This document shows, in pieces, positions 62,247-64,000 of a stretch of 64,000 bases of DNA (its first letter is position 1; every line of letters begins with the position of its first letter). The position numbers and the translations under genes are program-made. The notes beneath the pieces are model-generated. The model was not told the DNA's origin. It made no database searches and saw nothing but the letters and a program-made list of their open reading frames with translations. The stretch is from a virus (Duplodnaviria; Caudoviricetes), in IMG/VR virus record IMGVR_UViG_3300033175_000001, positions 13,325-77,324 of that record, one strand, 5' to 3'.

Positions 62247-63375
62247 CTCCCTTTTCTGCCTCAACTTCTTCAATCATACGATCCTGTGGCATATAATCAA
62301 AAGTAATTTCGGGAAGCCTCTCGCCTATAGCCTTAACAATCTTCATCTCAAGGTCTTTATCCGAATAAATACTTTTCCACAAATTCGTAAATTGATAACT
62401 CTTATCGAGAATAGGGCTTGAATACCATGACCCTGACATCTTAAATACTCCTGTAAGTTTAGCCACATCAATCACAGCACCCAAGGAATCCCAATCTCCT
62501 TTCCTCATACCATTATATGCTTCTAAAAACATCGCCACCTGCCCTTGCCTTCGAGGAGGTGCAGTTTTATTTTTCCGCACATGATAGCCAAATTTCATTC
62601 CGACTACCCTATCCTTGCCATCAAGAATAGTTTCATCCGCCCAAAAATCCACCCAGGTAGAACAGTAATAATACTGCCCCTCTCCACCAGGTAAAGTGTT
62701 CGGATTTCCCATAGCATTTACTTTCTTTCGCCATTGGTTAATTACTATGAGATTTGATATATTCTTTCCTGCCAAAGCAGCATCAGACTGTTGGGCCAGA
62801 ATCTTCTTGAACATACGATTATTCAGATATGCTCCCCTACCCATCTCAGCTTTATCTGCCTGCTCATCCTTCAACTTCTGTGGAATCAAGGCGGCAAGCG
62901 AATCCAGAATAATAAGACCAAACTCACCTGAAGCAATCAACAATTCGACAATATCTATTACCTGCTCCTGCACCTGCTTTCTGACCAGATACACATAATC
63001 CATATCAACCCCGCAAGCCTCTGCCCATGCCGGATCAAACGTAAACTCTGCATCAATGATACATACCCGCTGCTTTCGGCGTGTATATTCAGCCGCAACC
63101 TTTAACGCTAAAAAGGTCTTACCGCTGGAAAACGGGCCTGTTATAAGGTGAATCCTTCCAGTAGCCAATCCACCTCCCAAATCCAAATCCAAGAAAAGAT
63201 TGCCTGTAGAAATACGTGGAAGTGAAAATATTGGTGATACCTTCTTCGGCATAAACAAAGAATGTTCTCCGAAAGTCTTATTGATAATATCCTCCAACTT
63301 ATTTATTGCATCAGAAGTCGGTATATTCGCAATCTCCTTCTCCACCATTTCCACTGCTTCATCTTTTTTCGCCAT
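62218..63375 (-). CDS. recA: RecA/UvsX recombinase
   Basis: RISTGNLFLDLDLGGG, GPFSSGKT, IDAE, ILDSLAAL, VINQWR, VRKNKTAPP. Confidence 0.95.
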   Translation of the reverse strand: MAKKDEAVEMVEKEIANIPTSDAINKLEDIINKTFGEHSLFMPKKVSPIFSLPRISTGNLFLDLDLGGGLATGRIHLITGPFSSGKTFLALKVAAEYTRRKQRVCIIDAEFTFDPAWAEACGVDMDYVYLVRKQVQEQVIDIVELLIASGEFGLIILDSLAALIPQKLKDEQADKAEMGRGAYLNNRMFKKILAQQSDAALAGKNISNLIVINQWRKKVNAMGNPNTLPGGEGQYYYCSTWVDFWADETILDGKDRVVGMKFGYHVRKNKTAPPRRQGQVAMFLEAYNGMRKGDWDSLGAVIDVAKLTGVFKMSGSWYSSPILDKSYQFTNLWKSIYSDKDLEMKIVKAIGERLPEITFDYMPQDRMIEEVEAEKGDEDDASKVG

Positions 63376-63385
63376 TATAAGCCTC

Positions 63386-63850
63386 CTACATTTGTGCTAA
63401 AATTTTATCAACATACTTCACTGCATCCGAATCTTTCGCCACAGTCTTTTTAGGAGAGCCCGTTATGACCTGAAGATTTTTAAGGATATCATCAGCCGCA
63501 TTGCGATCAGACGAATATCCCTTTTTTAATTTTGCAGTCAGTTGCTTACTACATGCTTTATCCGCTTCCTGCAGAGAACCATTCTGGAACAAAGGATTAA
63601 AACTCAACCTTGCTCCATTTCGTCCATAGAGTCCCTTTGCATGAAAGCTCCCACCCTGCTCGTAAACAACCAGATAATACACTTTATCGTGAGAGGCATT
63701 CTGATTTATCAATGCCTCCACCCGACGAACAGTGTCAGCCTGTGCCAATTCCCGTTCCAAAACAAGGCAATCGCCTCTTAAATTTCTAAAACTCATGATG
63801 TATCTCCTTAATGAAGTACCCACCCCTTCCCTATCACTAAACGTGATCAC
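63386..63850 (-). CDS. WGR-domain protein
   Basis: HDKVYYL...LYGRNG...KQLTAKLKKGY. Confidence 0.75.
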   Translation of the reverse strand: MITFSDREGVGTSLRRYIMSFRNLRGDCLVLERELAQADTVRRVEALINQNASHDKVYYLVVYEQGGSFHAKGLYGRNGARLSFNPLFQNGSLQEADKACSKQLTAKLKKGYSSDRNAADDILKNLQVITGSPKKTVAKDSDAVKYVDKILAQM

Positions 63851-63887
63851 ACTGCCGAAACAGTCCTTACTTTATCAGATGGCTATT

Positions 63888-64000
63888 TTAAAACGGAACA
63901 TCGTCGTCATCGTCATCGTCGTCATCATCATTCTTCTCAAGCCGAGACTTCTTACCCTTCTTCGGCCCTGAATAATCCTCTTTAGAAGACAGCGATCCAG
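63888..64000 (-). CDS. ssb: 3' end of a single-stranded DNA-binding protein (partial)
   Basis: Manual translation ...KKSRLEKNDDDDDDDDDDVPF*, the canonical acidic SSB C-terminal tail, upstream of recA. Confidence 0.75.
   Translation of the reverse strand, partial: GSLSSKEDYSGPKKGKKSRLEKNDDDDDDDDDDVPF

Noticed and set aside
63896-63935. GAT/GAC microsatellite
   Set aside because: It is the poly-Asp coding tail of SSB.
1-64000. tRNA genes, integrase or att sites, endolysin
   Set aside because: No cloverleaf or T-loop signatures in the few intergenic gaps and no recombinase or lysin motifs. Lifestyle and lysis module cannot be judged from this window.

Overview
The window is an internal 64 kb segment of a large tailed dsDNA bacteriophage genome with myovirus (contractile-tail) morphology. 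It is densely coding, and every credible gene lies on the minus strand. In transcription order (high to low coordinates) it contains: (1) a recombination/repair block (SSB C-terminus, WGR protein, RecA/UvsX, PD-(D/E)XK nuclease, Cas4-like exonuclease, ATP-dependent DNA ligase, GHKL-zincin protein, DUF5664 dNTP diphosphohydrolase, RadC/JAB, RNase H); (2) the terminase large subunit; (3) a 7.4 kb, ten-gene enzymatic cassette between terminase and portal (NNMT/PNMT-type N-methyltransferase, pyruvoyl arginine decarboxylase, DPPW methyltransferase, IbrA-like PP-loop protein, two glycosyltransferases, FkbM methyltransferase, two IbrB-like ParB proteins, class I methyltransferase); (4) portal and gp7-like minor head protein; (5) a replication block that splits the head module (minimal PolX, DnaB helicase, primase, RavA/ViaA-like AAA+/VWA pair, RuvC-like resolvase, SpoVS homologue); (6) scaffold, N4-gp56-type capsid, neck, sheath, tube, a tail chaperone with a -1 slippery site, tape measure and baseplate; (7) a 1470 aa tail fibre carrying a spherulin-4/GH135 domain; and (8) a second accessory cassette (DNA methyltransferase, two radical SAM paralogues, sulfatase-fold enzyme, U32-like protein, APS kinase, DUF2061-nucleotidyltransferase fusion) running off the left edge. 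The best candidate for an undescribed system is the terminase-portal cassette, which looks like a pathway installing an arginine-derived, methylated and/or glycosylated modification on DNA or on the virion. No tRNA, CRISPR array or integrase was seen. All family calls come from motif recognition by eye; no database searches were run.
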